Assembly: GCA_036279515.1 (NCBI GenBank)
Contig: DASUJA010000048.1
Span: 19,479-83,478 of the forward strand
Length of the DNA stretch: 64,000 nucleotides
Source of the DNA: Rhodocyclaceae bacterium
GTDB lineage: Bacteria > Pseudomonadota > Gammaproteobacteria > Burkholderiales > Rhodocyclaceae
Direction: 5' to 3'
In this document: piece after piece, positions 1-9,175 of the stretch
Layout of the letters: each line of letters begins with the position of its first letter
Numbering within the stretch: the stretch's first letter is position 1
Notes under the pieces: generated by a model
What the model saw: the letters and a program-made list of their open reading frames with translations, nothing else
The model's database searches: none
What the model was told of the DNA's origin: nothing
Made by a program: the position numbers and the translations under genes

Positions 1-1463
1 CAGCGGAAGATGCGATGGTCCATGACGAAGCGGATCGGACGACGACACGCCGCCGCGATGACCAGCGCGTCCACGTAGCTCACATGGTTGCAGATCAGCA
101 GGGCCGGACCTTCTTCGGGGATCACGTCCACATTGCGCTTGTCGAGTCGATAGACAGAGTGCACCAGCAGCCAGACGATGAAGCGCAGCAGGAATTCCGG
201 CACCAGCTTGTAGATGTAGAGGGCGACAGCCGCGTTGCAGACGGCAGCCACGCCGAACAGAGTGGGAATGGTGAGTCCCGCCGAGAGCAGCCCCGCCGCC
301 GCGCCGGCGCCCACCACCATGAACAGGGCGTTCATGATGTTGTTGGCGGCAATGATGCGCGCACGGAAGGCCGGGTCGGAACGCAGCTGCACCAAGGCAT
401 AGAGCGGCACGATGAAAAAGCCGCCGAAGAGGCCGATGGCGAACAGGTCGAACAACACGCGTAGGGTGCCCGGCTCGGCCAGCAGGGCCAGGACGCCGAG
501 GGGCGCCAGCGGCGCGGCGGACGGCGAAGCGAAGGCCAGATCGAGACCGAACAAGGTCATGCCGATGGAGCCGAAAGGCACCAGACCGATTTCTACTTGC
601 CCCGCCGAAAGCCGCTCGCAGAGCAGGGAGCCGACGCCGATGCCGAGGGTGAAGGTGGCCAGCAATAGCGTCACGCTGGTCTCTGCGCCGCCCAGCACGT
701 TCTTGGCATAGGCCGGAAACTGGGCCAGCAGCAGGGCGCCGAACAGCCAGAACCAGGAGATGCCGAGGATGGAGAGAAACACCGTGCGGTTCTCCCGGGC
801 GAAGCCGATGTTGCGCCAGGTCTCGGTGATGGGGTTGGGGTTGATGCGCAGACCGGGTTCGGGTGCGGGCGCCGTGGGGATGCCGCGACTGGTCAGATAG
901 CCTGCCACCGCCACCGCGAAGCAGGTGAGGGCGATGAGCGTCGTGCCCCCTGCCATGCCCGCCAATAGCCCGCCTGCTAGGGTGCCGAGCAGGATGGCGA
1001 CGAAGGTACCGGCTTCGATCAGGGCGTTGCCGCCGACCAGTTCGTCATTGCCTAGGTGCTGGGGCAGGATGGCGTACTTTACTGGCCCGAACAGCGTGGA
1101 ATGCAGGCCGAGCAGAAACAGGCAGGTCAGCAGCGCGGCAAGACTATGCAAAGAGAAGCCGACGCCAGCGAGCACCATGATGCCCATCTCCAGCACCTTC
1201 ACCAGCCGCGCCAGCAGCGCCTTGTCGTACTTGTCGGCCAGTTGTCCGGCGGTGGCGGAGAAGAGGAAGAAGGGCAGGATAAAAATGCCCGCCGCCAGAT
1301 TGGCAAGTAGTTCAGGCTTGATGCTGGTCCATTGGGCTGCCTGAAAAGTGAGCAGCACCACCAGGGCGTTCTTGAACAGGTTGTCGTTGAAGGCGCCGAG
1401 GAACTGGGTGCCGAAGAAGGGGCCGAAGCGGCGGGTCTTGAGCAGGGTGAATTGGGAACTCAT
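1..1463 (-). CDS. lplT: MFS lysophospholipid transporter (LplT-like) fused to a PlsC-type acyltransferase domain; 3' end runs off the left edge (probably a full LplT-Aas fusion)
   Basis: ATG at 1461-1463 (rc). My translation gives MSSQFTLLKTRRFGPFFGTQFLGAFNDNLFKNALVVLL..., matching the LplT N-terminal motif FLxAFxDN. The frame stays open to position 3, where it reads ...YRLDKRNVDVIPEEGPALLICNHVSYVDALVIAAACRRPIRFVMDH (HX4D acyltransferase motif NHVSYVD). Not in the ORF track because it has no stop inside the window. Confidence 0.75.
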   Translation of the reverse strand, partial: MSSQFTLLKTRRFGPFFGTQFLGAFNDNLFKNALVVLLTFQAAQWTSIKPELLANLAAGIFILPFFLFSATAGQLADKYDKALLARLVKVLEMGIMVLAGVGFSLHSLAALLTCLFLLGLHSTLFGPVKYAILPQHLGNDELVGGNALIEAGTFVAILLGTLAGGLLAGMAGGTTLIALTCFAVAVAGYLTSRGIPTAPAPEPGLRINPNPITETWRNIGFARENRTVFLSILGISWFWLFGALLLAQFPAYAKNVLGGAETSVTLLLATFTLGIGVGSLLCERLSAGQVEIGLVPFGSIGMTLFGLDLAFASPSAAPLAPLGVLALLAEPGTLRVLFDLFAIGLFGGFFIVPLYALVQLRSDPAFRARIIAANNIMNALFMVVGAGAAAGLLSAGLTIPTLFGVAAVCNAAVALYIYKLVPEFLLRFIVWLLVHSVYRLDKRNVDVIPEEGPALLICNHVSYVDALVIAAACRRPIRFVMDHRIFR

Positions 1464-1544
1464 GGTCGGATTTTCTGAGGGGAGTCAGTTGGCATTTTCT
1501 GCGATAGGGCAATCGAATGGATAGTTGTAACCATCAATACGTAG

Positions 1545-1725
1545 CTCCGTCATTCCGGCGAACGCCGGAATCCAGGAGGTTCTTGTGGCCCTTCCTGGAT
1601 CCCGGCGTTCGCCGGGATGACGACATCACTTCGATTTTTTGTGTCGAGCTATTTGTCCCGGACAGCAGTGCTGCACCCCGAGGGTACTTCCTGCGGGGCG
1701 CTTTCGCGGGGATGACGGAGTGCCA
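1545..1725. repeat. REP-like palindromic intergenic element (copy A)
   Basis: 29-bp imperfect hairpin GTCATTCCGGCGAACGCCGGAATCCAGGA ... TCCTGGATCCCGGCGTTCGCCGGGATGAC. Downstream of it is GCACCCCGAGGGTACTTCCTGCGGGGCGCTTTCGCGGGGATGACGG, about 85% identical to a motif at 46200-46245. Confidence 0.6.
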
Positions 1726-1742
1726 TTGGGGGTGTTTCTTCA

Positions 1743-4670
1743 TCAAGCGACTGCTGCATCTTTGGCAACTAGCGTGTCGGCGGCTTCTTCTGCCATGCGC
1801 TTGAGTGTCACGTAGTCGGTTTTGCCGGAGCCTAGCAGAGGGATCGCCTCCACCACGCGGATGATGCGCGGCACGGCCAACTCGGGCGCACCGACGGTGC
1901 GGGCTGCGGCCAGCAGTTGGTCGCGGGCGAGGGATTTGTCCGTGGTGAACAGCACCAGGGCTTCGCCCTTGGCCGCGTCGCTGCGGGTGGAAACGGCGTG
2001 CAGGCAATCAGGCGAGGCGGTGGTGGCGATTTTTTCCACCACCTCCAGGGACACCATTTCGCCGGCGACTTTGGCAAAGCGCTTCAAGCGGCCACGGATG
2101 TGCACGAAACCATCCTCGTCCACCGCCACCACGTCGCCGGTGGAGTACCAGCCCGCACCGATGGATTCGGGCGGCTGGATCACGCCGGGCTTGTCGAAGA
2201 GGAAGTAGCCCTTCATCACGTTCGGTCCCTTCACGTGCAGGGCGCCGCCGCCTTCGATGCCGGGCACCGGCTCCAGTTCCACTTCGACGCCGGGCAGGAA
2301 CTGACCCACGCTGCCGATGCGGCAAGCCATGGGCACGTTCACCGCCACCACCGGTGCGCATTCGGTGACGCCGTAGCCTTCCAGGATGCGGATGCCGAAC
2401 TTCTCGATCCACAACTTGCGTACGGTTTCCGAAAGCTTCTCGGCGCCTGCCACCACGTAGCGCAGCCGACCGAAGTCGTAGGGGTGGGCGAACTTGCCGT
2501 AGTTGCCGAGGAAGGTGGAGGTGCCGAACAGGACGGTGCAGTCCCGGTCATAGACGATCTCTGGGATGACGCGATAGTGCAGCGGGCTGGGATAGAGGAA
2601 GACCTTGCAGCCGGATACCAGCGGCAGCATCACGCCGCAGGTGAGGCCGAAGGAGTGGAAGAGGGGCAGGGCCATCATGAACTTGTCGTGGGGCGTGAAG
2701 TCGGCGACGGCGCGCACTTGGGCCACGTTGGACAGCACCGATGCATGGGAATGCACCACGCCCTTGGGCTTGCCTTCGGAACCGGAGGTGAACAACACGA
2801 CGGCGGGATCGTCCGGCTGCTGGGGCAGTTCGGCGCTGCGGGGGAAGAGCAGATGCCACAGCACCCACAGCTTGTCGGCGACACCGAACTGGGCCTTCAG
2901 GTCCTCCAGATAAAGGACGGTAACACCGGGCAGTTGCTCCACCAGGGAAGTGAGGCGGGCCTTCTCCAGGAAAGCGCGGGAGGCGACGACGGTCTTGATG
3001 TTGGCGGCGGTGCAGGCGGCGCGCAGCCCATCGGGACCGGCCGTGTAGTTGAGCAGGGCGGCCATGCGCTTGCCGGCGGCCAGGGCCAGCACCAGACCCA
3101 GAGTGGGTGCGGCATTGGGCGTCAGCACGCCTACCATGTCGCCGGGAGCCGTGTGGCGCGACAGCAGTCGCTGAATGCCGAGGGACATCTTGAGCAGGGA
3201 GCCGTAGGACTCTTCCACCAGCCGCACGTCCTCCACCAGCTTGTAGTGGCTGCCGAAGGTGGCCTTGGCATCGAGGAAGGCGGAGAAGATGGTCTGTTGC
3301 GGACGGGTGGCCACCAGCATGTCGAGCAGGATCTGGCGCAGCAGTTCGCCAGCCCGGCGGCGGCGCAGCTTGGCCGAGGGCAGGTCGGGCATGGGAATCG
3401 TACGACGCGGTTGCACAGCGATGCTCACCTGGGGGAAAGCCTTGCGCGGATACACGCCGGCCAGACGGCCGAAGTAGCTGCGCGCCGCGCCGTCGATGCG
3501 CACCGGCACTACCGTGGCGCCGGTTTTGGCAGCGACGAAAGCGGCACCGTCGTAGACCTTCATCAGGGAGCCGGTCTTGGTGATGCGGCCCTCGGGGAAG
3601 ATCACCACAGGCCGGCCCGTTTCCACCAGCTTCACGATTAGCTTCATGGCCAGGGGGCTGGTGGAATCCACCGCTAGATGGGGCACGAAGTGGAGCAGGG
3701 CGCGGAATAGGGGCCGGTTGGCGATCTGCGTATGGACCACGAACACCGCATCCACCGGCATGAAGAGGCCCAGCAGCAGACCGTCGATGAAGGATTCATG
3801 ATTGGCGACGATCAGGGTGCGCGGATTTTGAAAGACGCTGAGATCGCCGCTGACGCGAACGCGGAACAGGGCTTTGAGGACAAGGCGCAGAAGGCTTTTG
3901 AACATGGGACTTCCTGAACGGGTGACGACGGGCGTTTTGCTGACGGGTGCCTTGGAACTGTATTTCATTCCCCCGACGATCAGTGCCGCGGCGGCCGTAG
4001 CGAGCAGATGCTTGAGCGTGTGGCCGCTGATGCCGATGGCGTCAGCAATCGCGTGATCGTTGAGTTCCGTGAACTTGGCAATGGCATAGATTAACAGCGC
4101 AATGCCGAAAAGTTTCCGCTGTGGATTAGGTGTGGGATGGAGCCATTGCCAGAGAGGAATCAATACCAGCGGCAGGCCTTGCAGCAGCAGATAGGGGCGC
4201 AGGTCGCCGGTGCGGCTCCACCACGTGACGCTGGCGACGGCGGTGGCGGACAGTAGCGCGGTCACGGTTGTGCAGGAACGGTGGTGGGTGTCGCCCCAGA
4301 CGGCAGCCAATAGGCCGCCGCAGGCCAGGGCGATGGGCAGCCGGTCCCACACCAGTCGGGCATCGTCGGGGGCTAGATGGTAGTAGCTGGAACCGAAGGC
4401 GGTGAGCAGCAAGCCCGCTAGAAACAGCCGGTAGCCGTTCTCGCCGTGGGTGCCTGTCGTGTTGGAAGCAAAACGCCGCCAGCCGAAGACGGCCACCAGC
4501 AAGAAGCCCAGGTTGGACAGCACGTCGGCAACGTGAGGAATGCCAAACAGTACCTTCTGGTCGGCGAACTCGTGATAGTGAGCCAACTGGGGAATCGGGC
4601 CGTGGATGAGCGCGGCGCCGATGAGGAGGACGGTGATCGCCGTCGGCAGGGAATGGGTGAGATGTTTCAT
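1743..4670 (-). CDS. aas: Tri-domain lipid-remodelling protein: N-terminal ceramidase-like (CREST-type) membrane domain + PlsC acyltransferase + acyl-ACP synthetase (Aas family)
   Basis: ORF 1743..4847. The likely start is ATG at 4668-4670 (MKHLTHSLP...), because the upstream extension would overlap the divergent gene at 4794. The first ~290 aa have about 7 TM segments with an SN motif (VLSNLGF), S-x-x-H followed by Asp at +11 (SSYYHLAPDDARLVWD), and HxxxH (GHTLKHLL). Then the acyltransferase HX4D (ANHESFIDG), then an AMP-binding domain (TSGSEGKPKGV, YGVTE, GWYSTGD, GSGKTDYV). Confidence 0.85.
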   Translation of the reverse strand: MKHLTHSLPTAITVLLIGAALIHGPIPQLAHYHEFADQKVLFGIPHVADVLSNLGFLLVAVFGWRRFASNTTGTHGENGYRLFLAGLLLTAFGSSYYHLAPDDARLVWDRLPIALACGGLLAAVWGDTHHRSCTTVTALLSATAVASVTWWSRTGDLRPYLLLQGLPLVLIPLWQWLHPTPNPQRKLFGIALLIYAIAKFTELNDHAIADAIGISGHTLKHLLATAAAALIVGGMKYSSKAPVSKTPVVTRSGSPMFKSLLRLVLKALFRVRVSGDLSVFQNPRTLIVANHESFIDGLLLGLFMPVDAVFVVHTQIANRPLFRALLHFVPHLAVDSTSPLAMKLIVKLVETGRPVVIFPEGRITKTGSLMKVYDGAAFVAAKTGATVVPVRIDGAARSYFGRLAGVYPRKAFPQVSIAVQPRRTIPMPDLPSAKLRRRRAGELLRQILLDMLVATRPQQTIFSAFLDAKATFGSHYKLVEDVRLVEESYGSLLKMSLGIQRLLSRHTAPGDMVGVLTPNAAPTLGLVLALAAGKRMAALLNYTAGPDGLRAACTAANIKTVVASRAFLEKARLTSLVEQLPGVTVLYLEDLKAQFGVADKLWVLWHLLFPRSAELPQQPDDPAVVLFTSGSEGKPKGVVHSHASVLSNVAQVRAVADFTPHDKFMMALPLFHSFGLTCGVMLPLVSGCKVFLYPSPLHYRVIPEIVYDRDCTVLFGTSTFLGNYGKFAHPYDFGRLRYVVAGAEKLSETVRKLWIEKFGIRILEGYGVTECAPVVAVNVPMACRIGSVGQFLPGVEVELEPVPGIEGGGALHVKGPNVMKGYFLFDKPGVIQPPESIGAGWYSTGDVVAVDEDGFVHIRGRLKRFAKVAGEMVSLEVVEKIATTASPDCLHAVSTRSDAAKGEALVLFTTDKSLARDQLLAAARTVGAPELAVPRIIRVVEAIPLLGSGKTDYVTLKRMAEEAADTLVAKDAAVA

Positions 4671-4744
4671 GGCGGCTCCTGAGCAAAGGTGGGCACAGGA
4701 TGGGGCTCGCCAACGGATATTGAAACCTAGCTGGTAAAAGTGCT

Positions 4745-4780
4745 GCGATATACGATAAAAAGTATCAATTAACGATACCT
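4745..4780. promoter_or_regulatory. AT-rich repeat cluster in the aas/XRE divergent promoter region (candidate operator)
   Basis: Near-direct repeat GCGATATACGATA at 4745-4757. Inverted repeat GTATC-N7-GATAC at 4762-4778. The region is locally AT-rich within GC-rich DNA, between the divergent starts at 4670 and 4794. Confidence 0.35.
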
Positions 4781-4793
4781 CCATGAATCGTCC

Positions 4794-5531
4794 ATGACCG
4801 AGATCGACCAACTGGTGGCGACCCTCAAGCGCCGCCTCAAGCTGCAAGGCATGACCTATCGGGACTTGGCTGCGTCCCTAAAACTTTCGGAGCCCAGCGT
4901 CAAGCGCATGTTCGCCAGTCGCCGCTTCACCCTGGACCGGCTGGTGGAAGTCGCTCGCCTGCTCGGCTTCACCTTGGCCGAGTTGGCCCAGGAATCAGCA
5001 GTGAGCGAAGGTCGAGTACATACCCTGACCCAGGCCCAGGAGAAGGAACTGGTATCCGACAAAAAGCTGCTGCTGGTGGCGGTCTGCGTGCTCAATCAAT
5101 GGAGCATAGAGGATATCGTGCGCACCTATGCCCTGACCGAAGCGACGGTCATTGGCCGCTTGGCCAAGCTGGATCGTCTGCGGCTCATCCACCTGTTGCC
5201 GGGCAATCGCATCCGCCTCAACGTGGCGCGGGATTTCGATTGGCTGCCGCGAGGGCCGATCCGCAGCTTCTTTCAACAGCAGGGGCTGGACGATTTTCTC
5301 GGTGCCTCATTTTCAGGCAACGACGAAGTGCTGGCTTTTTCCCACGGCATGCTGACCGACGCTGGGACAGCAAAGCTGCTGGCCGAGGTGCGCCGGCTGC
5401 GCCAGCGTTTTGCGGAGTTGCATGAAGAAAGCTTGGCCGCCCCTTTGGCGAAGCGGAAGGGCACTGGGCTGCTGCTGGCCGTACGCGAATGGGAACTGGC
5501 CGCCTTCACTGCCTTGCGCCGACAGAAATGA
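4794..5531 (+). CDS. XRE-family helix-turn-helix transcriptional regulator
   Basis: N-terminal HTH (LKRRLKLQGMTYRDLAASLKLSEPSVKRMFA). Divergent from the Aas paralog. Confidence 0.7.
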   Translation: MTEIDQLVATLKRRLKLQGMTYRDLAASLKLSEPSVKRMFASRRFTLDRLVEVARLLGFTLAELAQESAVSEGRVHTLTQAQEKELVSDKKLLLVAVCVLNQWSIEDIVRTYALTEATVIGRLAKLDRLRLIHLLPGNRIRLNVARDFDWLPRGPIRSFFQQQGLDDFLGASFSGNDEVLAFSHGMLTDAGTAKLLAEVRRLRQRFAELHEESLAAPLAKRKGTGLLLAVREWELAAFTALRRQK

Positions 5532-5570
5532 AAAAGCCCGCGCGAGATGAACTCGGGCGGGCTTGGAGAC
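5531..5570 (-). terminator. Rho-independent terminator for the DUF2892 gene, abutting the stop of the convergent XRE gene
   Basis: AAGCCCGCGCGAGATGAACTCGGGCGGGCTT hairpin. The T-run (TTTTTCATTT) follows on the minus strand. Confidence 0.6.
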
Positions 5571-5594
5571 TGAGGCGTCTTGCGACGCCAGCGC

Positions 5595-5783
5595 TCAGTC
5601 TTTCTTGGAGCAGGTATTGAGCCCCAGCACTGGGTAGAGGGGGCAGAACTTCATGGCGCCGGTGGCGAGGGGGACAATGCCGACCCAGGCCCAGGAGGGG
5701 CCACCTAGTGCTGCCCAGGCGATGAGGCCGAGGCCGATGACGATGCGTCCGATACGGTCAATGCCGCCAACGTTGCTTTTCAT
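5595..5783 (-). CDS. DUF2892 (YgaP-like) small inner-membrane protein
   Basis: 62 aa with two TM segments; GLGLIAWAALGG...CPLYPVLGLNTC is typical of the DUF2892 family. Confidence 0.6.
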   Translation of the reverse strand: MKSNVGGIDRIGRIVIGLGLIAWAALGGPSWAWVGIVPLATGAMKFCPLYPVLGLNTCSKKD

Positions 5784-5882
5784 GACGTACTCCAGTTCAG
5801 GTGGATAACGGCGCTATTGCACCATGGGGGACGGTGGCCCGTATGTAACTGAAGTCACCGAGGGGATAGGTAAGCGAAGCGC

Positions 5883-6536
5883 TTATTCCGCCAAGCTGCG
5901 TAGGGCGGCGGGGTCGAGGATTTCGATCTGTTCCCGGCTCAGCTTGACCCAGCCCTGTTCGGCGAAGCCCTTGAGCAGGCGGCTCACCATTTCGCGCACG
6001 CTGCCCAGCTCGTCGGCCAGGGCCTGATGGGTGGTGTGCAAGGTCCGGCCCTTACCCAGCAGCAGGGCTGCGAGACGCTGGTCGAGTTTGCGGAAGGCCA
6101 CTTCTTCCACCAGCTGCATCAGATCCGCCATGCGTTCCGACACCAGATGAAAGACGAAGTCGCGGAAGGGCGAGAAGGCGAGGAGTTGCTCGAAGCAATC
6201 CTTGCTCAGGAGCAGCAGCGTGGTTTCGCTCTCGGCGATGCCACGGGCGTTGTACTGGCTATGGCCTAGCAGACAGCCGGAGGTAATGAGGCAGGATTCA
6301 CCGGGCGACACCCGGTAGAGAGGCAACTCGCGGCCCGATTCGGAGCATTTGACGACACGGATGGAACCAGACAGTACGAAGGGAAAGCCGCTACAGGCTT
6401 GGCCGGCGTCGAACACGATGGTACCGGCTGGAACCGAGGCCTCCCGCGCTTCAGAAAGACAACGCAGCTTCACCGCGTCGGGAAGCTGGGTGATAACGGG
6501 ATACAGGCTGGTCAGCCGAGTGTCGCGAGGATGCAT
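5883..6536 (-). CDS. Crp/Fnr-family transcriptional regulator
   Basis: cNMP-binding-like beta-roll, then C-terminal HTH (LADELGSVREMVSRLLKGFAEQGWV). It lacks the N-terminal Cys cluster of FNR. Confidence 0.75.
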   Translation of the reverse strand: MHPRDTRLTSLYPVITQLPDAVKLRCLSEAREASVPAGTIVFDAGQACSGFPFVLSGSIRVVKCSESGRELPLYRVSPGESCLITSGCLLGHSQYNARGIAESETTLLLLSKDCFEQLLAFSPFRDFVFHLVSERMADLMQLVEEVAFRKLDQRLAALLLGKGRTLHTTHQALADELGSVREMVSRLLKGFAEQGWVKLSREQIEILDPAALRSLAE

Positions 6537-6553
6537 GGCGCGCAGTGTAGCGT

Positions 6554-9175
6554 CTATTCGTTTTCAATCATTTGATCTGGTACGGGTAGCGTCACTCGCA
6601 CTCGGGTTCCCTTGCCGGGGGCGCTCTCAACCGTCGTTGTGCCGCCGACCGAAAGCATTCTTTCCCGTATGCCGGCGAGGCCGAAGCGTTGCAGTTGCGG
6701 GGCATTCATATCGAAGCCGAGACCGGAATCCACGATTTCAAGGACGTAGTTGCCATCCATTTCCTCCAGGCTGATTCGGGCTTCCTTGGCGCCTGAGTGA
6801 CGGGCGACGTTGGTCAGCGACTCCTGGGCGCTGCGGAATAGTGCGGTGGCCTGGGTTTCGTTGAGGATGGGCTTGATGACCATGAGGTCCAGCGCGCAGG
6901 CGATGCCGGTGTCGCGTTGGAATTCATCGGCCAGCCAATCCAGCGCAGGACCGATGCCAAGTCCCAAGGCCGCTGGACGTAGGAAGGCGGTTACGTCGCG
7001 GACCACCTTCAAGGTTTGATCCGTCATTTCGATCAACACGCCGGTGGCCTGCTGAACGTCTTCCGAGCTGGGCTGCTTCTTGAGCTTGAGCAGGCCCATC
7101 TTGAGTCGCAGGGCGGTCAGGCGCTGACCAAGTTCGTCGTGAACTTCCCGCGCCATGTACTTGCGTTCTTCTTCTCGCGCGGTTTCCCGGCGGGAGGTGA
7201 GTTCCTGAAGCAACTTGTAGGATTCCTCCAGGCGCGTCTCTGCCAGCTTCAGCGCGGTGATGTCGTGGCCGATGGCGAGGACGCCAATCACTGTGCCATG
7301 CAAGTCGTATTCGGGTACGACGTACGAGACGTGATGGGTCATCTCGCCATTTTCCGGGTTGGGCCAACTCAACTGGAATTCACGCGGGCTTTGAGTCGCC
7401 ATGACTTCCCGCAACTTGCTGGTGTATTGCTTCATCGCGTCAGCAAAGCCGTATTCGGAGGTGTCGATTGTCCCGCTTTCCTCGGGGCTTTTCGACAACA
7501 CTGCTTCGATGTCTCGCCCCGTCTTCCTCAGAAATGCGGGGTTTACATAGGTGCGTCGGCAATCCGTGTCATAACGGACGATGATGCTGGGAGAGTTCTC
7601 GGCGAGGCTGCGGAACTCCCGCTCGCTGGTTCGCAAAGCCCTTTCCGTTTCCCGCAATTGCGTGACGTTGCGGCCGATGACGAGAATGCCGATGAGGCAA
7701 TTTCCGGAATCTCGCTTGGGAATGCATCGGATTTCATAGGTCTGTGTGCCCAGCAGGGTTTGCAGTTCAATTTCCTGTTCACTGGGTTGGCCGGTGACAT
7801 AGGCCTTGTGGATGGCCTTCGTCAATATCTGCCCTTTGTCACCGAAGACGGTGAGCTCGTCAGGCCGCTTGCCGTAGAAACCTTCCATCTGTAGGCCGAA
7901 GGTTTCGATCACGGCTGGATTGACGTAAGTGTGTCGCGCTTCGTTGTCGAAGCGTATGAGTAGGTCGGGAAAGTTCTCCGCCAACGTGCGGAAGCGGTTT
8001 TCGTTTTCCTTGATCGCGGTGATGTTGCGGCCGATGGAGAGGACGGAAACGGCCTTGTTGTCCTGATCGAATTCGGGAACCAAGCGCACGTGACCCCAGT
8101 GGAGCTTCCCCGCACTGTCCCGGATCGGAAATTCTTCAGCCATTTCTTGCCCGGTACTCATCACCTGTTTGAGCCGGGCCATGAAATCCTTCGGGTCCAG
8201 CATTACCGGCGCTTCCAGGGGCGTCTTGCCCAGCAGTTCTTCCATGGGCCGGTAGCAGTGGCGCACGAAGGCAGGATTCATGTACGTGCGCCGACAATTC
8301 ACGTCATAGCGCGAAATGAGGTCGGGGGAATGTTCCACCATGGCGCGGAAGGCCTGTTCGCTGGCGTGGAGCTGTTCTTCCGCTTCCTTGCGGGCGGTGA
8401 CGTTACGCACGGTGCAGAGGCCAAGGCTTATGCCGTTGATGTTGAAGCCGGAAACGCTGATTTCGACAGGAAAAATGCTGCCATCGCGTCGGCGATGGCG
8501 CGAAGCGAGGACTTGCTTGAACGGGGTTCCTTGGCGAGTCGCTTCGCTGTTCGCCTGGATATGTTCGACCTTGACGTCTGGGTCGATGTCTTCAATGGTG
8601 AGTTGCAGCAGTTCTTCCCGGCTGTAGCCGAGCGATTGACAGGCTGCCTCATTCACGTAAGCGAAGCCACCTTGCTCGTTCATGAGGAATGCCGCATCCA
8701 TGGCCGTATCCAGCGCGATGCGGAGCAACTTCATTTGAGAGGGCCGCCGCACGTGGGCCGCGATGCGGACTTCCAGTTCTTCCTGTGGAACGGGGGGGAT
8801 GAGGTAGTCGTTGGCACCGGCGCGGAACGCGTTCGCCCTGCCAGCCATATCAGTAGACGCCAACAGGAAGATGATGGGGATGGATGAGGTACTCGCCTCG
8901 GCCTTGAGTCGGCGGCACAAGGCATAGCCTTCTTCTCCAGGCAGGCTCCCATCGATCAGGATGAGCGATGGCCTGTTTTGCGCGACTTGCCGTAGCGCAT
9001 TGGCCATATCAGGAACGAGGGCGATTTCCATGCCCCGCTCTTCCAGAAATCGGAGGGTTGTTCGGGCCGCATCCAACTCCGTGGCAACAACCAATGCAGA
9101 GTGGGGCTCGAGTCTAAAAAGCGTGTCCATGGCAGGGCCGAGTGGCTGGAATGCGGTCAACTGGAAAGTCTGCAT
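6554..9175 (-). CDS. Hybrid sensor histidine kinase: N-terminal receiver + multiple PAS domains + HisKA_3/HATPase_c
   Basis: Receiver domain (LILIDGSLPG). At least four PAS-like repeats (NPAFVRHCYRP, NPAVIETFG, NPAFLRKTGR). H-box REVHDELGQRLTAL (NarX/UhpB-type). ATPase N/G boxes (NVARHSGA, DSGLGFD). ATG at 9173-9175 overlaps the upstream gene's TGA by 1 nt (TTGATG). Confidence 0.85.
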   Translation of the reverse strand: MQTFQLTAFQPLGPAMDTLFRLEPHSALVVATELDAARTTLRFLEERGMEIALVPDMANALRQVAQNRPSLILIDGSLPGEEGYALCRRLKAEASTSSIPIIFLLASTDMAGRANAFRAGANDYLIPPVPQEELEVRIAAHVRRPSQMKLLRIALDTAMDAAFLMNEQGGFAYVNEAACQSLGYSREELLQLTIEDIDPDVKVEHIQANSEATRQGTPFKQVLASRHRRRDGSIFPVEISVSGFNINGISLGLCTVRNVTARKEAEEQLHASEQAFRAMVEHSPDLISRYDVNCRRTYMNPAFVRHCYRPMEELLGKTPLEAPVMLDPKDFMARLKQVMSTGQEMAEEFPIRDSAGKLHWGHVRLVPEFDQDNKAVSVLSIGRNITAIKENENRFRTLAENFPDLLIRFDNEARHTYVNPAVIETFGLQMEGFYGKRPDELTVFGDKGQILTKAIHKAYVTGQPSEQEIELQTLLGTQTYEIRCIPKRDSGNCLIGILVIGRNVTQLRETERALRTSEREFRSLAENSPSIIVRYDTDCRRTYVNPAFLRKTGRDIEAVLSKSPEESGTIDTSEYGFADAMKQYTSKLREVMATQSPREFQLSWPNPENGEMTHHVSYVVPEYDLHGTVIGVLAIGHDITALKLAETRLEESYKLLQELTSRRETAREEERKYMAREVHDELGQRLTALRLKMGLLKLKKQPSSEDVQQATGVLIEMTDQTLKVVRDVTAFLRPAALGLGIGPALDWLADEFQRDTGIACALDLMVIKPILNETQATALFRSAQESLTNVARHSGAKEARISLEEMDGNYVLEIVDSGLGFDMNAPQLQRFGLAGIRERMLSVGGTTTVESAPGKGTRVRVTLPVPDQMIENE

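Noticed and set aside
15-464. 149-aa plus-strand ORF at the left edge
   Set aside because: Antisense to the LplT-acyltransferase fusion, which shows clear homology motifs.
1917-3641. 574-aa plus-strand ORF
   Set aside because: Antisense to the Aas paralog. Gly/Ala/Arg-rich composition typical of spurious ORFs on the opposite strand of high-GC genes. No ribosome-binding site.
4126-4713. 195-aa minus-strand ORF
   Set aside because: Alternative frame inside the N-terminal membrane domain of the Aas paralog. Pro/Arg-rich. The correct frame is the 1743..4670 ORF.
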